DNA from: Octopus vulgaris
Lineage: Eukaryota
Assembly: GCA_951406725.2 (NCBI GenBank)
Contig: OX597815.1
Span: forward strand, 131,998,001-132,062,000
DNA: 64,000 nucleotides
Reading direction: 5' to 3'
Shown here: one piece after another, positions 37,800 through 51,459 of the stretch
Numbering within the stretch: the stretch's first letter is position 1
Layout: each line of letters opens with the position of its first letter
Made by a program: the position numbers and the translations under genes
The notes under the pieces: generated by a model
What the model was told of the DNA's origin: nothing
The model's database searches: none
The model's input: the letters and a program-made list of their open reading frames with translations, nothing else

Positions 37800-39290
37800 A
37801 CCACCGAAGACACCACCTAAAGCAAAACACATAAAATGGACTAGAAAGGATTAGAGTGACTAGAGATTATAGTGACTATAGGGAATAGAGAGGATTATAG
37901 AAAGCTTTCTATGCAGTCCAAGTATACGCAAACTAAAACAATCAGGCAAAAATATAAAAATATCAAATTTTCATAAAACTCCCAACAATCAAGGAATAAT
38001 TAAAACAACGAATATAACTGAAAGCCCAACGGCGCAGAGGGGATGACAAAAAAATCAAATTTTATTGACGAAACAAGGTATTCAAGACGGATGCAAAAAT
38101 TTTTTAAAGGGGAGTTAGTAAAAGCAAGATAGAAATAAAGGAGCCACCTCAGACTAAAGAAATAGAAGAGTTCTGGAAGAAGATATGGAGCAACACAAAA
38201 GAATATAATGTTGAAGCTCACTGGATAAAACGTGAAAAAGTGAGACTGGATGAAATTGAAGAGCATAAATTGGAGGCAATACGAGTAGATGCGCTAATAT
38301 GGATATACACAGTGCGGGGACCATTTGACTGGGGCACTCGACCTGAAGACAATTCTAACTGGACACCACATGGAAGATCTTGCATTTTGTATGTTAATAA
38401 GATCACCACGTCGCCATGTCGTAGAAAAGGATATTAGAAAATAAAGTGAAAACTTTGAGACAACAGCGGAATAAAATAGAGGCGTGAAAACAGGGCAAAT
38501 TAGAAAACAAGAGTTTAATTTTCCCTTGGGATACAATACGTAACCAAAGAGAAAGCCTTTGGGATAGTCATGGAAGAGCTGAAACAGCGTATCTCAGCAA
38601 CAGCTATCAGTAAGCTTTCCGGATATCAGAAAAGAATAGAACGCTGTCAACAGAACATATTGCTTGAGACAGATCGGAGGAGATTTTATGGCCAAATAAA
38701 CAGTGTAGAAGAATGTACTATAGGAGTGAAACCTAATAAGTAACAAGCTAGAAAATCTTGGAATGATATTTGGGATAAGCTAGTTAATCATAATGGGGAT
38801 GCGGTATGGTTAAAGAAGTTAATATAGCCAAAGCTGAATGGTGCGAATCTAGTGAAGTTTGTGAATATTTGGCAGCGTCGTTACTTAGATATTTAGCAGC
38901 TTTTGTAGATTGGACAAAATATGAATTAGCAAAGCTAGACTGAAGAACTTATAAGTAGTTTAATATGAATGGAGGACTTCATCCTAGAACAGGAGTAGCA
39001 AGATATTATCTACTGAGAAAAGATTGTCGCGGTGGTTTAAAATCTATAGGTGATTGTGTGGAGTTAGCTAGAGCAGATATAGATTCCTATATAGGAAACA
39101 GCGCGGAAATTTTATGTCGATATGCTAATGTAACAGTAGGAGATATAGAATCCAGAACGCCAAATGTAATTAAAAGTCAGACAAAAGAAGCAAGGTTATC
39201 TGACTGGCAAAAGAAGGCTTTGCATGGTACATTTTCAAACATAGTTGCAGAAAATAATAATAGAATTTCGATATAGAATAAACTTGAAAG
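37800..39290 (+). mobile_element. Fragments of at least two further Dong-like LINEs
   Basis: KHIKWTRK (37825), EPPQTKEIEEFWKKIWSNTKEYN (38140), EELKQRISA..QQNILLETDRRRFY..WNDIWDK (38570-38800), GLHPRTGVARYYLLRKDCRGGL..WQKKALHG (38970-39230). Confidence 0.75.
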
Positions 39291-39384
39291 ACTACATAGC
39301 AACAGGAAAGAGAGCAACCTCTACAGAGTTCTTTCTCTCTCTCGCGCGCGCGTTCTCTCCTCTTGCCCTCCCTCTCCTCCTCTC

Positions 39385-39428
39385 TATGTATGTATGTATG
39401 TATGTATGTATGTATGTATGTATGTATG

Positions 39429-39459
<31 letters not shown>

Positions 39460-39516
39460 GTATGTATGCATGTATGTATGTATGTATGTATGTATCTATC
39501 TATGTATCTATCTATA

Positions 39517-39589
<73 letters not shown>

Positions 39590-39590
39590 C
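39385..39590. repeat. (TATG)n(TCTA)n microsatellite
   Basis: Direct reading. Confidence 0.95.
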
Positions 39591-40790
39591 TAAAATACTG
39601 TGTATCGGCAACCCCCAAATCTCGAAATATAACACCACATACTAATAATGTTTTGATTGGTGCTCCTTCTAATTCTGTCGCTTAGAAATGTTTTTCAATA
39701 GAATAGTATATATGAAAGCGACGCAACTACTTGAGACACAGACAGACGCATGAAAATGATTAAACCGTCAAAACTAAACAATTACAAATTGAAAATAGAG
39801 AAACCAGACTAAAAGTAAACCAGACCTTTAGGAACATATTCACTTCCGGACAGAAATTCAATGCTGTGAGAATGAATGCGAGTCCAAGAGAGTGAGTAAC
39901 AGATACATCCTCAAGCACAACTACAGTATCATGTCAACGTTGTCAGAAATTCAGTGAACATACAATCAAATATCAGAGCATCCCGCTAGGTGATTGTCAA
40001 CGACATTTACATGACACGAAATGTTACTTGAGGGTAAAGTACTAAATGACATTTCAATACATTAATGTAAATACATCAACAAACTGTCGGTTATTGCCTT
40101 AAACTCCTCTTAGTTTGATTAGCTCTTTCAATTAAATGTATATTCATTCCATAACGACCACATTAACAGCAATTTCAGTGTTAAACTACGTACGTATTAA
40201 TTTGGCCAGAGAGCTTCAGAACACCATGGATATGATGCTCAAAAACACAACGTGTCACTCACAACTTTTCAAATACGATTATTACTGCTCAGTACTAAAA
40301 TAAGTAAGATATATAAAGGCTGCACAAAGCAGACAGTTCAAGGGTCTGAATCCAAGGAATTGTTACATAAAAACCATTAAGTATAACCAAACGCTTACAG
40401 CAACTACTTAGCGTCTTTTGACAAAAGAATTCTAATTTTGAAAAATAACTAATAGTACAAAACTATTTACTCTCTGCTTGAATGAACAAGCCAATTGGAA
40501 TTGATTTTATATACATGTCGAAAGAGATTTCTATAAAAAAATCTTTGTTGATTCACAACAACTGTGTGACATATCCCCTAATGGAGGTGTTACAAAGGAC
40601 AATTTTACAACAATAGCTTAACCATCGAGAGGAATTCACATGGATGCACACACAGATTCACATTCCACACATATATGCGCACGAGCACGCACGAGCACAG
40701 ACGCCCACGCTCATGCTTTCATATAGGGAAATGTTTTGACCCAGTAGGAGATTAAGAACTCTTTTTAAGAAAACTATTCAAAACACATTT

Positions 40791-42010
40791 TATTAGATCA
40801 TCATGTATGAAATTTTAGTAAGGTATGTGGTAAAATTTGACAACTGCTCATTTTGCATCATTATCAAATTCTGACAATCTTTATTTTTTTCTTAGAAAGC
40901 TGACCCATCTATTTCTTTATTCTAACTCATTTTGTGCTTTATAAATTAGTTCTAAATCGTTTTTTGCTATTTTTATTTAGAGATGGATAAGATGGAAATT
41001 CGTACAGTTTTGAAACAAGAGTTCTTTCTTGGAAGGAGTATTTCATTCTAATGTTATTATACAGCAGACAGTATCAAATTGGTTAGCAAAATTTCGTTCT
41101 GGTAACTTTGACTTCAAAAATGAGCAACGCAGTTGAAAGCAACCGTCGATTCAGATTCATCTCAAAGTGCCCGAGAATTATCGTTGTTGTTTGGTGTTAG
41201 TAAGCTAACAATATTGACTCAGTTCAAATCGGTAAAGTGAAAAGGTTGCCTAAGTGCGTTCCACATGAGCTCAATGAAAATCACAAACAGCAACGTTTAG
41301 AAATCTGCATTATGCTACTTCTCGTTACAAAAAATGAATAATTTTTCAATCGAATTGTAACGTGTTGAGAAATGGAGCCAATACAACAACCGTAAACGTT
41401 GAGCACAATTTTTGAACAAAGACGAGTCACAAAACACAGTCCAAAAAGCAAAAATCATCAAAAGAATCTGATGAAGTGTGTTTGGTGGTCTGGCGCAGGA
41501 GTGATCCATTATGATTTCATTAATCTTGGCTCATCAACCACGGCCGAAGTATACTGCAGCCATCTAGACCAAATGATGCAGAAACTTACAAATAAAATAG
41601 CGTAGATTAGTCGAGAGATCCACTTCTATTTTATTGCAAGACAACGCCAGACCACACATCGCAGAAATGACATCAACGAAACTACAGGAGTTTGAGATAG
41701 ATGTTTTCTGTTATCCACCTTACCTAATCTTGCCCCCACTGACTACCACATCTTCCAGAATTTGGATAAATTTTTGATAGGAAAAACTTTGATTCCGACG
41801 ATGCTGTGAAACAAGCCTTCCAAGATTTTATTGACTCTAGATTGCCAGGCTTTTAAAGCTCTGGGTTGGACAAGCTACCGCTGAAATGGCACAAATGTAT
41901 TGACAATATGGGTGCGTACTTTGTATGAATAAATACTAAATCCTTGTATTTATAAAACATTTGGAAACTTTTTTTTCTTTTCTACAAATTTCATACTTGA
42001 TGATCTTATA
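40791..42010 (+). mobile_element. Decayed full-length mariner transposon
   Basis: TIRs tattagatcatcatgtatgaaattt and rc tataagatcatcaagtatgaaattt; MDKMEIRTVLK, CVPHEL (WVPHEL), VWWSGAGVIHYDF, LLQDNARPH, PNLAPTDYHIF, LPLKWHKCIDNMGAYF. Confidence 0.9.
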
Positions 42011-42045
42011 TACATTCAGAATATATCACTACCTAATTTTGCTAT

Positions 42046-42098
<53 letters not shown>

Positions 42099-42197
42099 TT
42101 CTCTCCTCCCGTTCCCTCTTTCACCATGTTGAACCGTTAATGCCTACACATTTTTATTTTTCTGTTGTTTTTTTTTCGTTCTCTGTTTTTCCTCTCA

Positions 42198-42238
42198 GTC
42201 CTCTGTGTCGATGAGCGTAGGCTCGAAACGTCAAAGAC
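42198..42238 (+). ncRNA. Possible variant or degenerate minimal hammerhead
   Basis: gtcctct-GTGTCGA-t-GAGC-gtag-GCTC-GAAAC-GTC-aaagac: good stem II, GAAAC/GUC and palindromic ACGU, but a non-canonical CUGANGA box. Confidence 0.35.
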
Positions 42239-42338
42239 TATTCCATCCTTCCCGAGCGTCAAACTAATGTAGCGACTTGATTTTCCCACACCTGTCTTCG
42301 TGTTTTGTTTGCTGTAAACTTGAACTATATTTATATAC

Positions 42339-42369
<31 letters not shown>

Positions 42370-43077
42370 CACACACACACACACACATATATATGCATTC
42401 ACAAACACGTATATATTTACACATGTATGTATATATAAAATATGTATGGATATATATACATATATGAATAAATACATATGTGTGTGTACTATGAATGATT
42501 ATCCGCTAGTGAGAAAGCACTGGCTTCTGTGTGTTGAGTGTTAGGTAGAAATACGCATACACTGTTCTGTGTGGTGTCTTAAGTAGTGCACTGAATTCTT
42601 TATCGAGAAATACGTTGGAATTAATATTTTTAAGGAAATACATCTATATATCATCAAAGTTTTACTATTTTAGAAATGGAAATCCAATACATAATGCCAC
42701 ACATATCTGGCTATCTGCTTCCTGTCATATGGACAATCACTAAGTAAGGAATTGTTGCAAGAATCATTAGATGCGAAGACAGCCGATGCAATAATTTTAT
42801 CTTGTATATAATCTTGTGCGCAATTTCCACCCAATCACAAACCGATTTCGACTTACGTCAGAGATGGGCAGTTATTAGAGTTGCAAACAGTAAATGAATT
42901 AACTTGAATTTATTAGAAATATGAATGTTCTAAGCTGTAATAACTTATCTCTGACGTAAGTCAACTTGTATCAGAGTTGCGAATATTCACGTATACATAG
43001 AAAAAACACATGGATAACATATATATTTATATATATATATATATATATGTATATGTGTGTGTGTGTGTGTGTGTGTG

Positions 43078-43112
<35 letters not shown>

Positions 43113-43670
43113 GATTCATATGTGCGTATATGATATATGTATATATGCATAGCTACAAAATTATATCTATATATACACATACATACACATATACACACAC
43201 ACATACAAACGCGCACATGCGCGCACACACACAAACACAGAGATATATATATTATACGAGGAAATAGGTGTTGTAGCATTCGAACTTAAGCTAGACCTAT
43301 GTTTGTGTAAAACTACAAAACATTATAACCTGAACCTGCCTTAGCTCTACAACATAACTGTATGTAAATATCGTTCGCACATTGTTTTATTGGATGAGTC
43401 CTAACATTTGCCTTCTGAATAATAGTAAATTGTAGGTGAAGAAGTATTTCTAGTCTTACTATTCCAATACCTGTCGAATCTTTCACCTGTATTTCCTATA
43501 TTTTGAGACGCAAATGTCAAAAGCACTTTCCATGCGGTCGGGGAAGTTCGAAAAAAGGTTTTGGCAATTTCTTGTAAGAATTCAAATAAGAAATACATTA
43601 CACTAAATAGTGTGTCTAAATGGTTTACAGTACTCTTTCGCGGCATATTCGGTTCAGTTTCAGCATTCAG

Positions 43671-43815
43671 TATAAGATCGAGTCACGATCGCTTGAGAAA
43701 CCTATATGAATCACTCCCTCTTTCTTTCTTTCTTTCTCTCTCTCTCTCTCTCTATTATAAGATCGAGTCACGATCGCTTGAAAAACCTATATTAATCACT
43801 ATCTCTTTCTTTCTT

Positions 43816-43848
<33 letters not shown>
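43671..43848. repeat. Tandem duplication of an about 85-bp unit ending in CT/CTTT tract
   Basis: tataagatcgagtcacgatcgcttga.aaacctatat.aatcact at 43671 and 43756. Confidence 0.9.
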
Positions 43849-43849
<1 letters not shown>

Positions 43850-43851
<2 letters not shown>

Positions 43852-44900
43852 AATAACACCTGTAAGTTAATGAAGCCATGGCCAAGAGGAACTGTTGTCG
43901 TCAGACGGTATCCAACGTTCATCCTTTCTCCACAAAGTCTGCACAAAGTAAGTTCAGACCCTCCCATTGGTGGGTCAGCAAGGGTGGCCAAGTCAATGCT
44001 CCTCATCTCCTCCTGGCTTCCACTTAACACATCTCAACAAGAGGCTCTCCCATCCTGCACACCCTTCTCTCCTTACCTGTCAATCAAATCGCCTTCAGCA
44101 TCCTGCAATCCTGCAATCCTGCAGAAGGCTGTCATATCTGGCACGTTTCCATTCATGGACTTCATTACGTCCCTCTTTCCACGGGATTGTTAATTCAATT
44201 ACGATAATTTTCTTGGTCCTTTCAGACCAGAGGAACACACCTGGCCTTAGAGTTGTATGGAGAATTTGGGGATACTGCAATCTCTCCCCTAAGTCCATTT
44301 TTATATCCCATGCTTGGAATCCTTGCAACAAGCTATGTATTGTTTTTGCTGACTTTACTGGTCCCTCTCCCGCTCTCACGAACTTAATTGCTGTTGTTGC
44401 ATTCTCCCGGTGATGATGTTTCTTGTGCCTTACCTACTCCATGGTGTGAGAAAGTGTTGCAAGCAACCTACCATGTCGCCATTTATATCTGCCTTGAGAA
44501 AGTACTATTCTGCACCCTGTCAAGATGTGCGCCAGGGTGCCCCTTTCTCCACAAAGTCTACACAGCATGTGTTCCCTCAAACTCCATCGTGTGTAGGTTT
44601 ATTGGCATTGGGAGTGTGTCATATTCGGTCTCGCAGCAGGAAGGAGATACGAAAAGGTCCATTTTGTATGTGGGCTTCCTCTTAGGGAGAACCCATTTAG
44701 TCAATGCACACTGGCATACCAACTCCACAGCACTTACTGTTCTATATTTTAGAGATGAGGAATTCTGTGCATTACTTATATGTGTCCTCATCTTGTTTGT
44801 TGTTACCACAAAGTTTCGGCTGATTTCCTCTCCACCATTCATCACATGTCCTGGTAGATTTTTGAACCCAACCGTAGGTTCTCATTCCTAAGGTAGTTTT
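43850..44900 (-). mobile_element. Decayed HERO-like RLE LINE, 3' part
   Basis: AHILTGCRIVLSQGRYKWRH; DLGERLQYPQILHTTLRPGVFLWSERTKKIIVIELTIPWKEG..HEWKRARYDSLLQDC. Confidence 0.8.
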
Positions 44901-44954
44901 GCTAATGTTATTATTATTATTGTTGTTGTTGTTGTTGTTGTTGTTGTTATTATT

Positions 44955-45258
44955 ATTGAGTGAGAGAGCAGTGCATACCATCAAAGTGACACTGAGGAAA
45001 AATATACAAAGCCCAGTATACCCACTATGACTACTTAGGGGCCGAGTTAGAATTTTCTTCTGGTCGAGTAGCCCATCCTGCTCAAAAGGTCTCTGAATAA
45101 GGATTAAGGATGTTGAACGATAATTCACCTTTTTTCCAAAGGTGAATTATCCAAGAATTCCTTTCAACACACTGCTTCATAGCACTGCCTGGAATTAAAC
45201 TCGCAATCTTGGGGTTAGTAGCCCGCGATCTTAACCATTACGTTATATGCTCGTGGCA
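44955..45258 (-). mobile_element. tRNA-derived SINE, family 4 (diverged), with (AAT/AAC)n tail at 44907-44957
   Basis: Minus head gcatataacgtaatggttaagatcgcgggctactaaccccaagattgcgagtttaattccagg has degenerate A/B boxes. Confidence 0.6.
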
Positions 45259-45289
45259 TATAGAGTTAATTTTAGGGCTTATAAACCTA

Positions 45290-45830
45290 ATATGTTTTAT
45301 ATCCTTCCTCAATACCGGTTTCCATATTCTAATCCTATCTGCACTAGGTCTCCTTAGGAGGTTATTGCGTCCTAGCATGTGTACTACCTCTTTTGGTTTT
45401 CGTATTTTTCAGTGGTGTTCCATGCCTACTATTTTAACTTCATCCAACAGTGGAAGATGGTCTCCGCTTTTCTATTTATGATCAGCTTTACCCGACTTTT
45501 CAACATTTCCTCGAGTCAGAGCTTTACGATGTTTCTCTACCCTTATTTGAGTGGGCATCATGTTTCGCCTTTGTATAACCTATCACAACTGCATGGGCTG
45601 GAGTACACGAAGTCTTTTGTCATATTCTCTTCTATTGGTGCTTTTACTCAAAGGAAATATTTGCGAAGTGTTGTATTACACTTGTATACCATCTCACATA
45701 GGGTAGACAGATTGTAGTCAGTTTATGGGTTTCATCCTCTCTCCTCTTCCTAATTGGAGTAGATAGTATGTTGTTTTGGTAGTTCATTTCTTCGTGGTTG
45801 CCTCACGATCGCTACTTATATACTTTGCTC
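45290..45830 (-). mobile_element. Penelope-like element fragment (GIY-YIG endonuclease, decayed)
   Basis: Minus translation across stops and frameshifts: TICLPYV...KDFVYSSPCSCDRLYKGET..PLK.RVEKHRKALTRGNVEKSGKADH...DEVKIV...RIWKPVL. Confidence 0.75.
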
Positions 45831-45861
45831 AATATTTTAGGCCCTAACCAATTCCTCTTTT

Positions 45862-45917
45862 TGAAAGGCAAAGTCGACCTCGGCAGTATTTGAACTCAGA
45901 ACGTAAAGACAGACGAA
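45862..45917 (-). mobile_element. SINE family 2 fragment, inverted next to the 45946 copy
   Basis: tgaaaggcaaagtcgacctcggcagtatttgaactcagaacgtaaagacagacgaa. Confidence 0.75.
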
Positions 45918-45945
45918 CATATGAGTAATATTACAATAATACCAA

Positions 45946-46160
45946 GGCAGTGAGCTGGCAGAAACGTTAGCACTCCGAGAGAAATGCTTAGGGGCATTTC
46001 GTCCATCTTTACGCTCTGAGTTCAAATTCCGCCGAGGTCGACACTGCCTTTCATCCTTTCCAGGAAGATAAATTAAGTACCAGTTGCGTATTGAGGGCGA
46101 TCTAATCGATGGGCCCCGCCCTAAAAATTTTGGGTTTTGTGCCTAGATTGTAAAAGACTG
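45946..46160 (+). mobile_element. SINE family 2 monomer with TSD
   Basis: ggcagtgagctggcagaaacgttagcac...gagttcaaattccgccgaggtcgac; TSD ttacaataat(a/t)ccaa at 45931-45945 and 46161-46175. Confidence 0.85.
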
Positions 46161-46649
46161 TTACAATAATTCCAACAACAACAATAAGAGTAACAGAGAC
46201 AAAACGTCCTCACAAATACACAGACAACCACAAACACACGCACACAAAAATACACACGTATCCACAAACACACATGCAAGCACACACGCACACACCCACA
46301 AGCACCTACACACACACTCCTAACCTATCGCCTATAAAAAAAAGATTAACAACTTAATGGCAATAAACAACAATAACAAAAGTTTCAAGAAATTATGTCA
46401 GCAAAAATATACAAAATAACAGAAATAATTTTAGTTCCGCCTAATGTTGAATTTTACACAATTGACAATACCAATTATAAAGAATTTTAAAAATTATTTG
46501 TGGAGGACTGGTCCTGTTACAGATGAATTTCTCAAGTCATCTGTATAGTCAATTTACAAAAGTGACCTCACAAACCAAAACACCTGAAAACAGGAAAGAG
46601 GAGGGTGTAACAGCCTCCTTCCTCTCAAAACACTAAGGTTTAAATTTTT

Positions 46650-49600
46650 ATGTTTCCATTTAAACTTGGTTGTTTAAATGTTCGCGGCATTGGATAGATT
46701 GGAACAAGGCTGCCTCCTTGACGACCTCAGATCGCATTGTTTCGATATAGCAGTAATTACCGAAACCAGACTGAGTAGGCTGCAGGCTTTTTCCCGCCTC
46801 CTAAGCAGCTACGAGAATTTTTTCTCCAAGCCAAACTGGAGGTGGGGGTGTGTTGTAGTGGTACTCATGGAAAATCTGGATTTTTGTAGATCCGTAAGGC
46901 TGGCTGGTCATTTTGGATGTGACGCACAGCAATGGTAAAGTTTTTAGGCTGGTAGCTGTCTGTGCTCCCTGTGAAGGAAAAGCTGGTCAGTACGAAACTA
47001 CTTCACAAACCTAGAGAAATTTCTAGGTACGTCGAATATGTTATTATTGCTATGTGGCTTCAACACAATCTGCGATGCACGCGTAGATTATGTTGGCTCA
47101 AGATTGGATAGGAGGGGAAGCTCTTGCCTCAGCGGTCTGCTAAGTCGTTTTGAGCTGGCAGACCAATTCAGACTGGAACACCCAGACGTTCCATCGTGGA
47201 CATTGGCAGATAACAATGGGTCGTCCAGATCTTACTTAGATAGAATTGTTGTAAGAAGTAAGGATAAGAAAATAGTTAGTTGTCTAACTATTGGATTGTG
47301 AAGCATACAGGAACCGGATTAGACAATTAGTGATGAGGGTGTTAATTGGATCCATTATAAGTAATAAATGGTGGTTCACCCTCAAGAGAGCCATAAAGTC
47401 TGAGTCAATTAGGTTTAATAAAGAATTAGCTAGTGCTAGAAATAAAGTAGAAAGGGCGCTAGTTAAAGCAGTAGAAGAGGCAATGAGGTCAGGCTCTCCA
47501 TCCAAATTATTTGCGACGAGATTGGCACTCGACCAACATCTCAAAGCTAAATACGAAGAGTGCATTGTCAGGGCTAATCTACGTGGACTGAGACAAGAAG
47601 GAATCAACGCGGCCAGATGGGTCCGGGTTGTAGAGAGCCAACGCGGCATTAGCTCAACCATACGGTCTTTTACGGATCCGCTTGATCGTTCAGTAATGTG
47701 CAAGGTGTTTCACAAACATTTCAGCCAGCTTTTCGGGGGTGGGGGCGGACCGTAACGTAGGGAGGAACTCGTAGACATCTGGACGGTTCGGCACGTCTAT
47801 CGAGGGAAAGATGCTGAAACTTGTGAAGCGCCGATCACAGCTACGGAGGTCGAGGAAGCGTTAGCAGATTGCGGTGGGGACAAATCACCGGAACTTGGTG
47901 GTCTGACTTATGAATTGTATTGTAGTTTGCCAGACTTGTTTGGGCACCTACTTACATGAGTGTACAACTGTCAAAAGAATAGGAAAATTCCCGAGTCTGT
48001 CAGCCGGGGGAGTTGTCGCGTTGCTAAGAAAGGACCCAAACAAGGAAGAAATAATTGATCATTTTCGGGCCATCACTCTGCTTAACGTAGAGCTGAAGAT
48101 TTTGGCCAAGGTGTTAGGAAAAAGATTGGTGCAAGTCGTGAGTGGACTTCTTGGGGTGGTGCAAACATGTCATCCCTGACAGGTCCGTTCAGGACATCTC
48201 CACTTTCCACTCTATCCTTTAGAGAGGGTAAATAGAATTTCTTGCAAGGATGGGGCTATGGTCCATTTAGACCAATCCAAAGCATTCAATAGGGTTGACC
48301 ATGTGTATCTGGTCCTTGTGGCAGCTGGTTTCGGCTCGGTCTTCCGTGGTTTGATCACTGCTTTATACAGCGACATCAAATTGATAGTTCGGGTGAACGG
48401 TTTCTTTTCGAAGCCGTTCTGTATTGAACGATTGGTACGACAAGGGTGCCCTCTCTCTCCGCTTCTGTACGTTTTTGCCCTCGAGCCATTGCAGAGGAAG
48501 TTGGAAGCTATGAGTGGAACTCCGTAGGATTTAGGGTGCGGAAAGTCGGTTTCGCCGTACGTGGATGACATCGCCTTCATCGTATTCTGGGTCGAGGATA
48601 TACAGCGGGTAGGTGAGGCCATAAGGGATTACGAAGTGGTGGTAGGAGCAAAACTTAACCGGGATAAATCGGTCGGCTTGCTACTCGGCACCAGGAGGGA
48701 CAAGTCGATGCCGTCTGAGAACGTCGTGTGACGTTGGACGCACGGCCTGGTGAAAATGCTAGGAACCTGGTTAGGTCCTGATCTCCAGATAGAGAATAAT
48801 TGGAGCGAGGAGGCAGGTAGGGTTGCTCTCAAAACTTATACCTGCTCTGAGCGGAAGCTGTCTCTGAAAGGGTGGGCGGAGGTCACACAGGTGTTTATCG
48901 CATCTGTGATTGTCTACCGCCTGACCGTCGTGCCTTGACCCGATTCGTGGCTGAACAAGTTGGAACGCATGCTCTCCCGCCTTTTGTGGAGAGGCAGGAG
49001 ACCTCTTGTAAGGCGCTCTATCTGCTGCCTAGGGTGACCTAGGGATGCCGTAGCTGAAAATGAGCAGACATCCACTGAGGCTTAGGCACTTCTGGCTTTA
49101 CTTGGACGGTGAATAGGTGTGGTCTCCGTTTGTCAAGCTGTTCTATTTCACGTTTCACATCCTTTACTGAACTGGACCCATGGACTAAGCATAGACCGAG
49201 ATTGTGCGTGTGATATGCAGAGTGTCGCCAGTCGAGCAACACCGGTGGCGGGGTTTCTACTTTTTTAGATGGTTAGTAGAGTTCAAGTGTGACAACGTCC
49301 TGGGAGAAACCCCGGGCTCCAAAGAAGGTCATCTCGCCAGCCTATAGCGAAGAACATTCAGGCCAGAGCCTATGGATAATTACCACAAGTCCCTGGCATG
49401 GCAATGTTACAGAGGCGTTTTACTGGTTCAGGATAAGCTTTTTAGACATGGGTCTGCGCCTTCGCCGGCTTGTCCAAGGTGCGGGCGGGACGTTGAAGCT
49501 GTTCTGAACGCCATTATGCAATGCCCGAACTCTGGGCTTATATCGAACACCTGCTGTCATATTCGAGAAGAGTACAACTGTCGAGCAAATCTATAATTTT

Positions 49601-50085
49601 GTTCCACCGGCCTCCCTAAATAGGGAAGAGCAGGCTTATTTTCTCTCGGTAGTTGCTGTTGCGAAGGAGGTAGTATGGAAGACGAGAGTGAAAGGGATTA
49701 TGACAAGCATTTTTTATCTCTAGCCTTGGGTTAGTTAACTTTTTCGTTTCCCACATGAAAAGAATAATAAGGCTGGAGAAGAAATACCTATTGCAAAATG
49801 TGTTTCGTAAAAGACGGAAGTCTGTGGCAAGTATGTTGAGAGTGATAGAACCTGTTTAAGTGAGAGCATGAAAAGGAAAAATAAAGTCATCAGAGTGAGG
49901 ATGTGGTTTGCGGGGTCAACCACGTCCTCCGCTTTATTTTGTTAATCATACATGTCTATTTTATTTTGTATTTTTAAAATTACTCATTCAAACTGTTAAT
50001 CAAATTCAATCCCTGACCCCTTATTTGTTTGTCTGTCCTTGATATCGTCCCCTCTTTCTGTAACCTATATGGTGGACAAAGAAAA
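46650..50085 (+). mobile_element. Decayed L1/Tx1-clade LINE ORF2 (APE endonuclease + RT + zinc knuckle)
   Basis: LNVRG, DIAVITETRL, GFNTI, SYLDRI (APE); FRAITLLNVELKILAKVL, LDQSKAFNRVDH, VRQGCPLSPLLY, YVDDI (RT); CPRCGRDVEAVLNAIMQCP. Confidence 0.9.
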
Positions 50086-50682
50086 TGAAGTGTTGATAGC
50101 ATTAATAAAAAGGAAAAAATATAACAAAATTAATCTTGAGTGATGGTGGTAGTCAAATAAAAAAAGAAACAATATATAAGAAAAAGCTGAAAACGACTTT
50201 ATGAAGTAGTGGAGCCAAGGGAAATAGAATAAAGTAAAAATAAAAATAATAAATTTGCAAGAGACGGAAATACATTGTTATCTATTTACGACCATGGCTA
50301 GTTTCTTTAAATTATCTCTTATTTCCATTGTTTATTACGGTGTTCTCCGGCCACTATGGTCTTCCTGATACCCTAATGAACTCTACTGGACATTAATCTC
50401 TAAGTAACAAGCTGGCTTTCTTTTACATATTTCATGTTTGTTTAATTTACTAGCTTTTCTTTGGCTTTTTAAATACACTTATCTTATACCCTTGCAAACT
50501 CGCAATTCTACACCCATTTATATATGCATTAATTTCTATTTGCCCAAAACTAATTAATATGTAGTCTACTCCATCCCAACTACTTCTATATATATTGATG
50601 GTTACTCACTCCCAAAAAGCTTCAGCTGCATTTTCTAGCAAATACTAAAGGTTTTCTCTATGTCACATTACGATATAATAAC

Positions 50683-51443
50683 CTTTTTACTATAGACATA
50701 AGGCCTGAAATGGGGGGGGGGTAGTCGATAACATCGGCTCCAGTGCATAACTGGTACTTAATTTATCGACCCCGAAAGGATGGAATGTAAAGGTGACCCC
50801 GGCATCCCGGTGACATTTCAACTCAGAACAAGAAGACAGACGAAATACCTATTTCTTTACTACCCACAAGGGGCTAAACACAGAGAGGACAAACAAGAAT
50901 AGACAAAGGGATTAATTCGATTACATCGACTCCAGTGGATAACTGGTACTTAATTTATCGACCCCGAGAGGATGAAAGGCAAAGTCCACCTCGGCGGAAT
51001 TTGAACTCGGAACATAACGGCAGATGAAATACGGCTACGCATTTCTCCCGGCGTGCTAACGTTTCTGCTAGCTCGCCGCCTTACATTCTTTTCTACTCTA
51101 GGCACAAGGCCGGAAATTTTGGGTGAGGAGGCCAGTCGATTAGATCAAGCCCAGCACGCAGCTGGTACTTAATTTATCGATCCTGGAAGGATGAAAGGCA
51201 AAGTCGAGCTCGGTGGAATTTGAAATCAGAACTTAGACAGACGATCGTGTGGTTGAAAACTCGATTCCCGTACCGGGCTGCGTATTGTGGTCTTGAGCAG
51301 GACACTTTATTTCACGTTGCTCAGGTTAACTCAGCTGTAGAAATGAGTTGCGACGTCACAGGTACCAAGCTGTATCGGCTTTTGCCTTTACCTTGGATAA
51401 CATCAAACGAAATACCGCTAACAATTCTCCCAGGTCGCTGTCT
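50683..51443 (-). mobile_element. Array of SINE family 2 units (dimer + monomer); monomer interrupted by a plus-strand SINE-3 fragment at about 51242-51405
   Basis: ctggtacttaatttatcga...ggatg.aa occurs three times (50751, 50943, 51162); SINE-3 piece gacactttatttcacgttgctc...gaaatgagttgcgacgtcac. Confidence 0.8.
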
Positions 51444-51459
51444 TACATTATGGTATGAG

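Noticed and set aside
45307-45361. Hammerhead-like ctaagga...gaaaccggta on the minus strand
   Set aside because: Core G is missing, stem I is offset, and the sequence is the coding C-terminus (NLLRRPS..RIWKPVL) of the Penelope fragment.
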